Of a DNA stretch of 64,000 bases, positions 19,881 to 29,694 are shown one piece after another. The stretch is from positions 59,305 to 123,304 of IMG/VR virus record IMGVR_UViG_3300043774_000656. One strand, 5' to 3'. The translations under genes were made by a program, and so were the position numbers. Position 1 is the stretch's first letter. The number at the start of each line of letters is the position of its first letter. The notes under the pieces were generated by a model, which saw only the letters and a program-made list of their open reading frames with translations, made no database searches and was not told the DNA's origin. This DNA comes from a virus.

Positions 19881-20927
19881 CTATTTATTATATCTTCTGA
19901 CAGACTGTTCAGATACAATAACTACCTCAGTATTACCAATAAACTGATAAAGGTCTTTGCTGTTAGTGTAGCTCATTGCTGAAGCCAAATAATGTTCAAA
20001 ATTTGAAACCCAGCTTGACAGGGTGTATTGAACCTTTCTGTTGGCAATTATACCTTCTGAAGTCTTAAGTCTTTTTGAACCGAAAGATTTCTGAACCTCT
20101 TTAGTACTCATACCTCTAAACTTCTTGTATAAAGGTAGCTTATACTTCATAGCCAGTTTAGCCAGCTTACCGTGTTGATCTATCTTAACGCCAAATAGTG
20201 TAGTATCGCCAGCTGACTCTAATGATTTATTGAAAATGCTACCAACCATTACATACTGCGCACCAAGTGCAAGAGCTTTAATGACGTCAGCATAATCTTT
20301 CATACCGCCGTCAGCAATGATACAAACACCCGACTTGCTTTCTCTCTGTATCACTGAACACTCTGAAATAAGAGAAGCCATTGGATAGCCAACACCCGTC
20401 TGCTGAGTAGTTAAACAGCCATTGCCATTACCAATACCTACTCTAACACCAAACAGCCACGGATATCTTCTAACAATATACGAATACGTATCAGGATTTG
20501 CAATGTTACCAATCATCAGGGCAACACGATCTTTATGTTCAGTTTCTGCAAACTCATCCAATGTATCATATAGCTTTTTCATATGACCATTGGCCATATC
20601 AATCAGTATACAGTTAGGAAGAACTTTTGCCGACATCATCTCTCTGAACTCGCTCAATGAGTAAGATTCAAATATAGGAAACTGAGACAGTGATGCATGA
20701 ATAGAATGCTCCTGACTTGATCTAGGTATGCAGTAACCTATTTTGTTCTTAATAAACTCTTGTTGATTACCACCCACCACAGTGTCCATAGGTGCTGCAA
20801 TAATAGGTAGATGCCTGTCATTGCCCTCGCCGTAATAAATGTTGATGTCATTGAACCTTGACTCAATACTTGTAATTGTGTCAGGCTTAATAAGAATGTC
20901 GTTTAAGTCGTACTTAGTTATGCTCAT
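19881..20927 (-). CDS. GMP reductase / IMP dehydrogenase-family protein
   Basis: Start re-assigned to ATG 20927 (MSITKYDLNDILIKP); APMDTV, IDMANGH, GIGNGNGCLT, IIADGG, KALALGA, FRGMST. Confidence 0.88.
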   Translation of the reverse strand: MSITKYDLNDILIKPDTITSIESRFNDINIYYGEGNDRHLPIIAAPMDTVVGGNQQEFIKNKIGYCIPRSSQEHSIHASLSQFPIFESYSLSEFREMMSAKVLPNCILIDMANGHMKKLYDTLDEFAETEHKDRVALMIGNIANPDTYSYIVRRYPWLFGVRVGIGNGNGCLTTQQTGVGYPMASLISECSVIQRESKSGVCIIADGGMKDYADVIKALALGAQYVMVGSIFNKSLESAGDTTLFGVKIDQHGKLAKLAMKYKLPLYKKFRGMSTKEVQKSFGSKRLKTSEGIIANRKVQYTLSSWVSNFEHYLASAMSYTNSKDLYQFIGNTEVVIVSEQSVRRYNK

Positions 20928-21105
20928 AATTCCCCATCTGGTTGGTTGCGCTGTTAAACAAGTCTGCGTAATTTTTTTTCTGTGCTGATTTTGCTTTATG
21001 TTCCCATGCATCACGTTCAGCCTCAACCCCTTTAAGTTTAGACCTGTAATACATCTTGGCTACAAAAGCACCTAATAAAAAAGCTAGTATTATCATTTCA
21101 TCCAT
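20914..21105 (-). CDS. small membrane-anchored protein
   Basis: N-terminal TM helix; overlaps its neighbours by a few bases. Confidence 0.6.
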   Translation of the reverse strand: MDEMIILAFLLGAFVAKMYYRSKLKGVEAERDAWEHKAKSAQKKNYADLFNSATNQMGNYEHN

Positions 21106-21527
21106 TCATGGAAGCCAAGTGACATGGCTTCGTTTATTTTTAAAGAGTTATCCTCTTTCATGTATTTAAGGGCAAATGCTACCACTTCGGCTTGAAGACC
21201 CTGACCTGCAGCATTCTCAAGATAAAACTGTATAGCCTTTACTGAAGATGCTAAGTCATCTGGCTCAGGATCTTTGTGCCTAACTTTAGAAATTTCCTTT
21301 ACTTTATAATTAAAGCCTTTTGCATTCGCATTCAAGATATCACACATATCTTTAGCATCACATAGGTTATCGTACTCAAGTACTTCAGCCTGTGAGTCAA
21401 GCATTAAAGTATTTCTTTTAGTCCCTATCTCTTGTTTTACTATCTGGTACATATTAAAATCTTTTAGTTGATATGAAACTAGAACCTGACCAGCAGAATG
21501 AACAAAACCAAGCGGTTGCCAATTCAT
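21093..21527 (-). CDS. hypothetical protein
   Basis: 144-aa ORF. Confidence 0.65.
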   Translation of the reverse strand: MNWQPLGFVHSAGQVLVSYQLKDFNMYQIVKQEIGTKRNTLMLDSQAEVLEYDNLCDAKDMCDILNANAKGFNYKVKEISKVRHKDPEPDDLASSVKAIQFYLENAAGQGLQAEVVAFALKYMKEDNSLKINEAMSLGFHEWMK

Positions 21528-21664
21528 ACTGTGAAGATGTTAATGCAATAATACAACTGATCAAACTACAGACACAACCTACGCCTGCGGTCCATAAAAG
21601 AATTTTTTCACTCATGTTATTATTTTAAGTTTATAGCTAGTAATGATGCACTGTTTATGCCTGT

Positions 21665-21696
21665 AAAATAAAAAAGGTCGCTATTGCTAGCGACCT
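21665..21696 (-). terminator. intrinsic terminator
   Basis: AGGTCGCTA-N4-TAGCGACCT followed by a T-run on the minus strand. Confidence 0.8.
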
Positions 21697-21720
21697 GTAA
21701 ATTGTAAGTGTTCTAAAATC

Positions 21721-21966
21721 TTAGTCAATAATGCTATGATTTTGTACGCGACCACGAGACATATCATATGCGGCATTAATGATACGCTCGTTCATGTAGT
21801 GGCCATTAAGAACATCACTTACGTAGCTAGTTGAAAAACCAGTGCGATCAGCTACTTTAGTAACATCACCGCTACGACGGCGTGAGTTAATAGAAGCAAG
21901 CTTTGCGGTCAAGCTAATTTTCTTATAGCTTGCAGGGCGGTTTGAAAAATAATAATGAAAGTACAT
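21721..21966 (-). CDS. small basic HTH DNA-binding protein
   Basis: VTKVADRTGFSTSYVSDVLNG helix-turn-helix pattern; has its own terminator. Confidence 0.75.
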   Translation of the reverse strand: MYFHYYFSNRPASYKKISLTAKLASINSRRRSGDVTKVADRTGFSTSYVSDVLNGHYMNERIINAAYDMSRGRVQNHSIID

Positions 21967-22149
21967 TGTAAATAAATTTTGGTTATTATGTATGTTATAG
22001 GTGTCTAGGCATAAAATGTTTTACTCAGCTGCTGACATTTCAATACATATACTAAATAATATCCTATCATGAAAAAAGCTATTTGTAAATTAGTGCAGAA
22101 GGTTACATTTGGTAAAATATGCCTAGGATGGTGTAAATTATAAAAGACA

Positions 22150-22425
22150 ATGAAATACTTCCAGTTATTCGAACAATTTATAAACGAGTCGATCTACGAT
22201 ATCGTTGGACGCAAGCAATTAAGAGTAGTTATTGAAGGTGACCCTGTTGCCAAAAATCATGAAAACATCCTGGCTGCTATGCTTAAAGCTGATAATGAGA
22301 ATAGTCTTAAATTCTTTGAAGCAACAGGTAAGATAGTAGGTAATATCACTAAGGTTAGACTTGATGCTATTAAGAGAGACTTGCGTTCTATTTCAAAAGA
22401 TATCGTTATCAGAGAAAAGAAATAA
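22150..22425 (+). CDS. protein with capsid-targeting-like leader
   Basis: MKYFQLFEQFINE-S; isolated plus-strand gene in a minus-strand arm. Confidence 0.75.
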   Translation: MKYFQLFEQFINESIYDIVGRKQLRVVIEGDPVAKNHENILAAMLKADNENSLKFFEATGKIVGNITKVRLDAIKRDLRSISKDIVIREKK

Positions 22426-22509
22426 TAGACTTAAGGGTAAGCGAAAGCCCAACTTAGGACCGGAAGCTTAGTTAATTCGCTATCGCTAGGTTTCAATGTT
22501 ACAATCAAC

Positions 22510-22532
22510 AGGCCGTCGAAAGACGGTCTTTT
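22510..22532 (+). terminator. intrinsic terminator
   Basis: AGGCCGTC-GAAA-GACGGTCT followed by TTT. Confidence 0.8.
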
Positions 22533-22539
22533 GATGTCT

Positions 22540-22878
22540 TTACTTTTTACGTTGAAAAATCATATATTGTACTGGACGATCTATGCACTTTTTAAGTACA
22601 CCTAATTCCATAAACGTAACACGCATATTATCACCCCATTGATTGACGTATTCATAGTTGTGACCAAAGGCCTTGTCGACTTTATATTCAAATAGGGTGC
22701 CATCACTAAAATGGGTAAGCAAGCTGTCGCTTTCAGAGTATGCCCAATACCCTGTCCAATTTGCTGTTCTTCTTTTTTGACCGTCATAGTCAATTATGCC
22801 GCTATAAAACACTGTGTCTTTTTGGGCCATTGCTGAAATTGATATTGCTGAAAGCAATAAAACTAAAAGTTTCTTCAT
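22540..22878 (-). CDS. secreted protein (signal peptide)
   Basis: MKKLLVLLLSAISISAMA-Q. Confidence 0.75.
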   Translation of the reverse strand: MKKLLVLLLSAISISAMAQKDTVFYSGIIDYDGQKRRTANWTGYWAYSESDSLLTHFSDGTLFEYKVDKAFGHNYEYVNQWGDNMRVTFMELGVLKKCIDRPVQYMIFQRKK

Positions 22879-23261
22879 GTGTTTGCTGTTTGTTGATTGT
22901 TATGGTATGTATCGTTGAAGTTGAAGTTGAAGATGGAAATTCAGACTATTACTGTACCGTAACCCACTGGTTATCAGCAGATTTGGGTGCTGATTTTTCA
23001 GTCTAGATCAGTAAGATGAGTGATAGTATGTACTGAACCATAAGCTGTCTAAAACAGACTATTTCTGATGGCTAACTCACTGAAAATAAGTAACTTAAAT
23101 ACCATTGATTATCAGTAAGTTACGGTATAAATAAAGTCAGCAAGCTTGCTGTTTTTCAGGAACTTTGGCATGGTTATTGTAGCCTTCTGAAGTCTATTTT
23201 TACCCACACCACAAAGGGCCACATATGTGGCCCAGTGCGGTCATCAATCAACAATTTATAT

Positions 23262-24359
23262 TTAGAATGGAGAACGAACGATGTTCTCCATGTCTAGCTT
23301 TTTAGTCAACATTTGACCAGCAACTACTTGAAGACGACGGCGGTCATAATCACTAATTTCAATACCGTTATCGTGTGTTGCAAAGTGCGTGATACCGTTG
23401 ATGAGCTCCCATACTGAAGTACCGGTTTTTGCATTTTTCATTTTAGCTGCATCAAGTGTTTCAGCATCAACTCCAATTCGGTTGTAAGCTTGTTCAGTAG
23501 ACTTGAGAGGTACCCAAGCTTCCATATCCTCTTTGCTCACATCAGCTACTGACCAGATGGCATTTGCTGCAGTATGCATTTCATGAAGTGAAGCATTAGT
23601 ACCGTTGGTTAAACGAACTGCATCAACAAAACCAAATGGCTGAAAGCTATTTTTACGCAATTCTTTCAAGTGCATCAAGAACTGGTTCATTTCAGCATCA
23701 TCAAGTTTAGTCAACTTGTACTGTTCTTCAAAACCACGTGTTACAAGACCGTTTGCACATACCAGACGATTGATGTATGGAGATACTTGAAAACCATTTG
23801 ACGGATTGTTAGTAAAGCTGATACCACCAATGAAGTGTTCATCTTTCATACCAGGTACATCGAAGCGCATGTTAGTGCTAAAAGCATTTACTGCAATACC
23901 ACCGTTATCAGAATTTACACTGAAGTCTGCAACGTCAAGTCCAGCATCGTTGATGATGTTATGGATAAAACCGATTGCAGTAGAGTTGCTGATAAGGTTA
24001 CGGTTAGTTTTATGTACAGCTACGATAACCATTGTCTTTGGGTTCAACACAAGTGTTACGTTACGGTTGCCGTTTGAGGCCATTACGTTTTTGATAGTGT
24101 TGATGAACTTCTTTTGAGCATCAGGACCTACGATACCTTTAAAGCGTTCAACGAATGCTGTAGGTACTTTAAGGATCGACATCAGATCTTTGAAAGCTGG
24201 ATTGGTGATCTTGACACGATGACCATTGTACTCAATGTTCTCATTGTCAATAATTGTAATTTGCTGCAAGGCAACTTCACGGCGGATAGGTTGCGTTTCA
24301 ATTGCTTGCTGCATTCGCTCTTGTACTAGAGCATCGGCTAAACTTACTAATTGTGGCAT
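23262..24359 (-). CDS. DUF932/DUF945-like protein
   Basis: RLVCANGL and SVWELINGITHFATH resemble this family; assigned by eye. Confidence 0.6.
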   Translation of the reverse strand: MPQLVSLADALVQERMQQAIETQPIRREVALQQITIIDNENIEYNGHRVKITNPAFKDLMSILKVPTAFVERFKGIVGPDAQKKFINTIKNVMASNGNRNVTLVLNPKTMVIVAVHKTNRNLISNSTAIGFIHNIINDAGLDVADFSVNSDNGGIAVNAFSTNMRFDVPGMKDEHFIGGISFTNNPSNGFQVSPYINRLVCANGLVTRGFEEQYKLTKLDDAEMNQFLMHLKELRKNSFQPFGFVDAVRLTNGTNASLHEMHTAANAIWSVADVSKEDMEAWVPLKSTEQAYNRIGVDAETLDAAKMKNAKTGTSVWELINGITHFATHDNGIEISDYDRRRLQVVAGQMLTKKLDMENIVRSPF

Positions 24360-24469
24360 AAGATTTTGTTTTTGTTATGTTGTAAACTTAATACGTTTTG
24401 TTCAGATAAGAAAGTGTGTTGCTGTGTTTGCGAAACTTTGTTTTTCTGTTATAGTATATATCAGAAATT

Positions 24470-25411
24470 TCAGATTTGTTCTTCATCAACTTCTGCATTC
24501 TCAGCAACAGCTTCTTCTTCTGTATTTGCAAATATCTTATCCCATGCATCGGCATCTTTCTTCAACTCTTCCATTTCCTGATCAAGACGCTTTCTGTTCT
24601 CTTCTTCTTGAATAAAGCGTTCAGCATGATACAGTACATCACCTTCTGCAGCAAGGCTGAAATACATTTTCTTGTATACATCACCTCTTCGGTTCTTAGT
24701 AAACATCAGATAACGTTCTTGACCACCTTCTTCTGTAAAGCGTATTTCAAGCATACCTGTAGTATTGTGCTTCAGCTTGTTTGAACCAACGAAATTACCA
24801 CCTTTAGTTACTTGCTGAATCATCAAAAAGCTGGTGTAGCTGTTACCTTTGTTTTCACCATTGTTATGCTTAAGCATCAGGTCAATCAACCATTTCTCTG
24901 CAGAACCTGTTGTCATACCAGCAGTTTCTTTCACGGCGTCTTGTATCTCTACAAATGAGTCGCCAAGTACGATATCATAGCCACGGTCAAGTACTTGTTC
25001 AACTACCAGCTTGCAGTTCTCATCGGTGTACTCACCTAAGAACAAGATATCAATGTTGCCGAATTTTGGATAGCGCTGCATGTACTGGTACATATCTACA
25101 CGTGACATTTCACCGCTAATGAACAGAACCTTTTCCTTCTGTTTCTTAATATCTGATATGATATCAAGACAGACTGTAGACTTACCAACACCTGGATCAC
25201 CGATGACGATGTAGTTGGTAGCACGAGGTATACCACCTTGGTTGCTGAATAGTTTATCGATGGCCTTGCCGCCTGACATTGACTCAAATACACGTTTGTC
25301 AAACTTGACCTTGCTGAGTTGAACCAACTCTACATTCTTTGTTAAAGTCTTACTGACAGTAACTTCTGCTTTTGTTTTTGTTGCGCGTTTGCGATTTCTT
25401 ACTCTTGCCAT
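24470..25411 (-). CDS. RadA/Sms-like RecA-fold ATPase (no zinc finger, no Lon domain)
   Basis: GDPGVGKST, LFISGEMS, DSF, VTKGGNFVGSNKLKH, KNRRG (cf. RadA KNRFG). Confidence 0.8.
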   Translation of the reverse strand: MARVRNRKRATKTKAEVTVSKTLTKNVELVQLSKVKFDKRVFESMSGGKAIDKLFSNQGGIPRATNYIVIGDPGVGKSTVCLDIISDIKKQKEKVLFISGEMSRVDMYQYMQRYPKFGNIDILFLGEYTDENCKLVVEQVLDRGYDIVLGDSFVEIQDAVKETAGMTTGSAEKWLIDLMLKHNNGENKGNSYTSFLMIQQVTKGGNFVGSNKLKHNTTGMLEIRFTEEGGQERYLMFTKNRRGDVYKKMYFSLAAEGDVLYHAERFIQEEENRKRLDQEMEELKKDADAWDKIFANTEEEAVAENAEVDEEQI

Positions 25412-25483
25412 TGTTGTATGATTGATGATTATGGTGTAAATATACTATGAAAAGTTGGAAAGTGAAAGTCTTTTGCAGTTTTC

Positions 25484-25891
25484 TTAGAAAGACATTTTAA
25501 AGATATCACTCATAGTATCAGCAACAGCAATTGCACCTTGGAAGTCATTCTGTCTTCCCCATACTTCTGCTTTTCCAGAATGACCAGATTTAGGTGTCAC
25601 TGACCAGATCACGTCACCTGTTTCACGATCACAGATGCGAAAATCGTCATACAATGGCCCATTCATAGGACAGTTATTCTTAAAGAAGACATAGCACTTG
25701 TCAGTATCAGTGTTTCTGAACTTGACCCAACGTTTAACCTGTTTCATCAACTTAATTGACTTACGTTCAAGTGAAGAGTCTTTGCAGAACCAGTCATAGA
25801 AGTTATAGCAATCGTTGCTGCGACCTTCATTGTCAATGATGTTGCCGTTTTCGAATGCTTCAAGTTGTTTTGTAAGTGATACGCTTTTCAT
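25484..25891 (-). CDS. hypothetical phage protein
   Basis: Start re-assigned to ATG after the promoter; FYDWFC, FFKNNCPMNGPLYDDFRIC. Confidence 0.8.
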   Translation of the reverse strand: MKSVSLTKQLEAFENGNIIDNEGRSNDCYNFYDWFCKDSSLERKSIKLMKQVKRWVKFRNTDTDKCYVFFKNNCPMNGPLYDDFRICDRETGDVIWSVTPKSGHSGKAEVWGRQNDFQGAIAVADTMSDIFKMSF

Positions 25892-25962
25892 GTTGATTGT
25901 TTTAATGTTATGGTGTAAATATAACAAGGATCGGTTGAAGTTGAAAGTTATTTGCTGCTTTC

Positions 25963-26130
25963 TTAGTAGTCAGAAACTCTAAACTTAGTTCTGCCATCTT
26001 TGATTTGCTGCTTTCGCTTTTTATTCTCAATAGTACGTTGACGAAAACGACCATCAAAAAAGCCTTGCTGCTTTGCAGATTCTCTGTTTTGGCCCTTGGC
26101 CATCTTGAATAGTTTATCAGATACCGTCAT
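25963..26130 (-). CDS. small basic protein (55 aa)
   Basis: MTVSDKLFKMAKGQNRESAKQQGFFDGRFRQR..; below the ORF-track cutoff. Confidence 0.55.
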   Translation of the reverse strand: MTVSDKLFKMAKGQNRESAKQQGFFDGRFRQRTIENKKRKQQIKDGRTKFRVSDY

Positions 26131-26479
26131 AGTGGTAGTATTTATTTAGTATTACAATTGTCGGCAAATCGTTTCCAGCATCATCTGTTTCAAAATACCA
26201 GTCGTCACCTCCTTCCAGTTCACAGAAGATAGAACCATACGTATGATTGTCAAAGTTCTCAGTTATCATATAGGCTTCATTTTCGAATTGACTGAAGGTC
26301 AAGCTTCTGCCATCGCTATTGTCGTTGACGCATTCTGCATTGTTGCCAAGCTCGTAGTTGGTGCCTGCTTCGTCGTTTAAGACTCCAATCAAGTCTTCAG
26401 TACTTAGGTTAGACAGATAGTCATCAACTCTAGTTTTTGCCATAGATAGGCTGTGATGTTCTTGTTTCCAGGTACTCAT
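26117..26479 (-). CDS. acidic hypothetical protein
   Basis: Start re-assigned to ATG 26479 (MSTWKQ). Confidence 0.65.
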   Translation of the reverse strand: MSTWKQEHHSLSMAKTRVDDYLSNLSTEDLIGVLNDEAGTNYELGNNAECVNDNSDGRSLTFSQFENEAYMITENFDNHTYGSIFCELEGGDDWYFETDDAGNDLPTIVILNKYYHYDGI

Positions 26480-26480
26480 A

Positions 26481-26777
26481 TTATTTACTGTTTTTGGTTG
26501 GTTGATATTCGTCTCTAAATATGAACATGAACAGGTAACCACGATCTTCGTCCCAGTCACAGTCTGTTGTAACATATTTCCAGATCTCACTATCTTCTGG
26601 AACGTTGATTTTTCGCCAGTAATCGTAGCGCAGATATCGAGTTTCGAAGCGTTGCTGATATTCATTCCAGTCTCCGCCTCTGAACTGTATTTCGTTTTGA
26701 TCGTGGCCAGTAGCAATCAGCAAGTCTTCAATCTTCTGTTCTACTGGATTCTGTGGTTGTTCGTTTTCTAATCGCAT
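26481..26777 (-). CDS. hypothetical protein
   Basis: Start ATG 26777, behind promoter copy 26786. Confidence 0.7.
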   Translation of the reverse strand: MRLENEQPQNPVEQKIEDLLIATGHDQNEIQFRGGDWNEYQQRFETRYLRYDYWRKINVPEDSEIWKYVTTDCDWDEDRGYLFMFIFRDEYQPTKNSK

Positions 26778-26907
26778 ATTGTTAATTGTTATGGTGTAAA
26801 TATACAATGAAAGTTTGATACCCCAAAGAAAAAAACGAAAAAAACAGCAAAAGGGCTAACTTACTGAAAATCAGCAGGTTAGCCCTAAGCTATTCACAAT
26901 CAACAAT

Positions 26908-27816
26908 TTAGCAATTTATGTTCAACTTCAACTCCTCAGAAGTCATCCATTCTGTATATGCCTCGTAATTTTCACCATACTCTTCTGACATAAAATCTTC
27001 AATATCTTTACTCAATACCTTGTGTACGTTTACTGTACTTTCAAAAAAGTTTAGAACTGTCAGATACACTTTATGGCAATCACAATCTTCATCGTCTTCT
27101 TCAAGACCATCAGCAAGTGTATGCCACCAGGGGTTGCCATACATTTCTGACCATACTGTACCTAGAAAATTATCAAGTTCTGGGTACTCTTCAAGTTCAA
27201 AGCCATTGTCATGCATCCAGATCGCTAGGTCTTCAGCACAGTCTTTATGTATAATATGAATTTCAATTTCTTCAGCATTGACTGGAACTGCAAGTACACC
27301 GATTTTGCGAAGATCAATACATGCCTTAATAATATCAATACATTGAAAGGTTGCCAATGCCTCACCTGGTTGTGGAGCATTTTTATTGCTGTTAACCTTT
27401 TCTGCTTCTTCTATCAACTCAAACTTCAGCTTGCTGATATTGATACAACTGTTAATCATGTCTTGCCATTGTTGCCGTGTCTTACCCTTATATTGAGATT
27501 TGCGGCTACGTGTTTCATAATTCCACTCACCGTAACCAAGAGCAAAGTTGACAACTCCAAGATCCAACCATTCAGGTGCATGACCAAGAACCTTCCATTC
27601 TCCTCGTTTTACATTCTGTAAAAAACCAAGACGACTAAGGTACGTTTGATATGTACGAGTACGATAGGCCTCGTTTTTGTTGATTCGTTTCCACCAGGTA
27701 ACTTCTTCTACACCACGTGTGGCATTTACAAGTTCTGATGATTTGTAGGTACTGCCGACTGGTATTGCATTAATGAAGTCGACTACAGTTGAAAATAAAG
27801 ATCCGTCTTTACGCAT
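26908..27816 (-). CDS. hypothetical protein (possible winged-helix N-terminus, acidic C-terminus)
   Basis: 302-aa ORF behind promoter copy 27832. Confidence 0.7.
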   Translation of the reverse strand: MRKDGSLFSTVVDFINAIPVGSTYKSSELVNATRGVEEVTWWKRINKNEAYRTRTYQTYLSRLGFLQNVKRGEWKVLGHAPEWLDLGVVNFALGYGEWNYETRSRKSQYKGKTRQQWQDMINSCINISKLKFELIEEAEKVNSNKNAPQPGEALATFQCIDIIKACIDLRKIGVLAVPVNAEEIEIHIIHKDCAEDLAIWMHDNGFELEEYPELDNFLGTVWSEMYGNPWWHTLADGLEEDDEDCDCHKVYLTVLNFFESTVNVHKVLSKDIEDFMSEEYGENYEAYTEWMTSEELKLNINC

Positions 27817-27896
27817 GTTGATTATGTTTTATTGTTATAGGGTAAATATAACCTAAAGATTGTAGTTATGAAAGTAAGTTGCTGCTTTCTTGAAAA

Positions 27897-28322
27897 TTAG
27901 ATTGCTGCAATTTCTGAACAGTCTTTGATGTACTTCAAACGATCTGTTGCTGAATATTCACCATTCACGTAGATCCAGTTGCCGTCTACTGTATAAAGAT
28001 AGCCCCATTCTTCAACGTCGCTGGTCAAATACTCATCAATACTGGCATGCTGAATTTGCATAAAGTCTTCGCCACGATCTCGGTGATAGGCTACAGTTAC
28101 ACCTTCTTCAGGGTTGCTGAAGTCGTGTGCACCTTCTGGAAATACAAATTCATGTAGAGAACTAATAGAACCCAGGTCAATCAGCTGTTGTACCTTTTCA
28201 CGGTGTTGATAGTTTTCAGCAAGTGTCTTGCCGTTGCCTTGAGGATAACCGTCCCAGTGACAGTAGATAGAGGTTACAGTACCATCTGCATTTTCAATTC
28301 CAATTCTAGAGCGAGTTGCCAT
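27897..28322 (-). CDS. phage protein with YCHWDGYP motif
   Basis: MATRSRIG...SIYCHWDGYP, AYHRDRGE; own promoter. Confidence 0.8.
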   Translation of the reverse strand: MATRSRIGIENADGTVTSIYCHWDGYPQGNGKTLAENYQHREKVQQLIDLGSISSLHEFVFPEGAHDFSNPEEGVTVAYHRDRGEDFMQIQHASIDEYLTSDVEEWGYLYTVDGNWIYVNGEYSATDRLKYIKDCSEIAAI

Positions 28323-28406
28323 GTTGATTATGTTTTAATGTTATGGTGTAAATATACCTTGAATGGTTCAGAATAAAAAGCGTTTTGCTGTTTATCTTAT
28401 TTAGTA

Positions 28407-28646
28407 TCAGTCAAACCAGAGGACGTCAAAGATCTCCCTCTCTTCCACATCCGATTCCTTCACCTCGCACCAGTACTCCTCATTGACCTCATCGAACTCA
28501 TATGATACAAAATCTTCATCTGTGAAAAACTCGTCTTGGATCTCGTTGTATCTCTTTTTAAGCTCACTGATCAGCGCAATGGTTTTCTCGTCTTTTTGGA
28601 ATTTCTCCTTGAACCCAAGGAGCTTCTCGATTAGATCTTCTTTCAT
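28407..28646 (-). CDS. small, very acidic protein
   Basis: Own promoter (28661); D/E-rich C-terminal half. Confidence 0.7.
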   Translation of the reverse strand: MKEDLIEKLLGFKEKFQKDEKTIALISELKKRYNEIQDEFFTDEDFVSYEFDEVNEEYWCEVKESDVEEREIFDVLWFD

Positions 28647-28715
28647 AGTGTATGTTTTAATGTTATGGTGTAAATATACAATGACTTATTGAAAGATAAA
28701 AGAGAGTTGCTGCTT

Positions 28716-28931
28716 TTACATGCACATATAACTTTCTGTAGTTTGCCAGTAGGCCATGAACTCGTTTGCAGCTTCAGCAACTTCAGACTTGCTGACCGCT
28801 TTATGTAGAGTTCTACGACTTCCCCAAACTCCTCGTAAGTTGACAGTTTCTCGAGTTGACCTGCTTACACGATAGTAGCCGCCTTTGTAATTGACAATAG
28901 AACCGACTGATAGATTATTTTGATCTTTCAT
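28716..28931 (-). CDS. hypothetical protein
   Basis: Start re-assigned to ATG 28931; ends ESYMCM. Confidence 0.7.
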   Translation of the reverse strand: MKDQNNLSVGSIVNYKGGYYRVSRSTRETVNLRGVWGSRRTLHKAVSKSEVAEAANEFMAYWQTTESYMCM

Positions 28932-29086
28932 AGTGTGATTGTTATGGTGTAAATATAACCCAACCCTATCAGAAGCCAAAGAGACCTACTGCTTTTGCAT
29001 TTCTGCCGGATCTTCAACTTCAACCACTAGGTCTATATAGATCGCGCCGCTCCCGCACGCGCAAGAACAACCTTATAAAATAACTC

Positions 29087-29332
29087 TCAACCCCTTGGGG
29101 AACCCGGGGGCACCCCAGGCAATTCAACAGCCCCACAAACTTCAGCAAGCCACCCATCAAATCTTTCCTTATCCAGTCGCTCGTCTAGGTTTACCCAGAT
29201 AAAAAAGAAGCCCACAAGGTTTCGATACTCCAAAATCGTCGCAGAATAACCAAGACTATAATACGTATCAGCCTCAAAATTCTTCCAGTCGTCTGGACGC
29301 CATGTACCGATTATCTGATAGCAACAGGTCAT
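29087..29332 (-). CDS. hypothetical protein
   Basis: ATGA overlap with 29329-29694. Confidence 0.5.
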   Translation of the reverse strand: MTCCYQIIGTWRPDDWKNFEADTYYSLGYSATILEYRNLVGFFFIWVNLDERLDKERFDGWLAEVCGAVELPGVPPGSPRG

Positions 29333-29694
29333 CGTTTCTTCTTACCAGTCTTTGGACTATTATCAAAACTAAAGTCACCATAAGGTGTGTAACCATTGTT
29401 ACGAGGAGCCGAGGGCTCTTGACGATTACTGAGTCGTTCTAGACGTTCAGTCGTCTTTTGAGAAGCTTTAGGCTCGTTAACAGTCTTTTTAGCCTCAGTC
29501 ACCGTAACGGTTACCGGCACCTGATCAACATCAATCAGATAGAAGTCACGATTAGGATCATCAAGACCCTTAAACAGGTCAAGTATAGCCCGAGACCAAT
29601 CAGGGTCAACAATGGCTATCAGGCGATCAGTCACGACTAGACCACTGTCAGGGTCGATATCTCGATAGCGCAGTTCACGATTTTTTGCTTTCAT
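29329..29694 (-). CDS. hypothetical protein
   Basis: 121-aa ORF. Confidence 0.6.
   Translation of the reverse strand: MKAKNRELRYRDIDPDSGLVVTDRLIAIVDPDWSRAILDLFKGLDDPNRDFYLIDVDQVPVTVTVTEAKKTVNEPKASQKTTERLERLSNRQEPSAPRNNGYTPYGDFSFDNSPKTGKKKR

Noticed and set aside
22430-22494. c-di-GMP-I riboswitch
   Set aside because: Only the GAAA tetraloop and two-stem outline match; the conserved core is not recognisable and it is not 5' of a same-strand gene. Kept only as an unknown element
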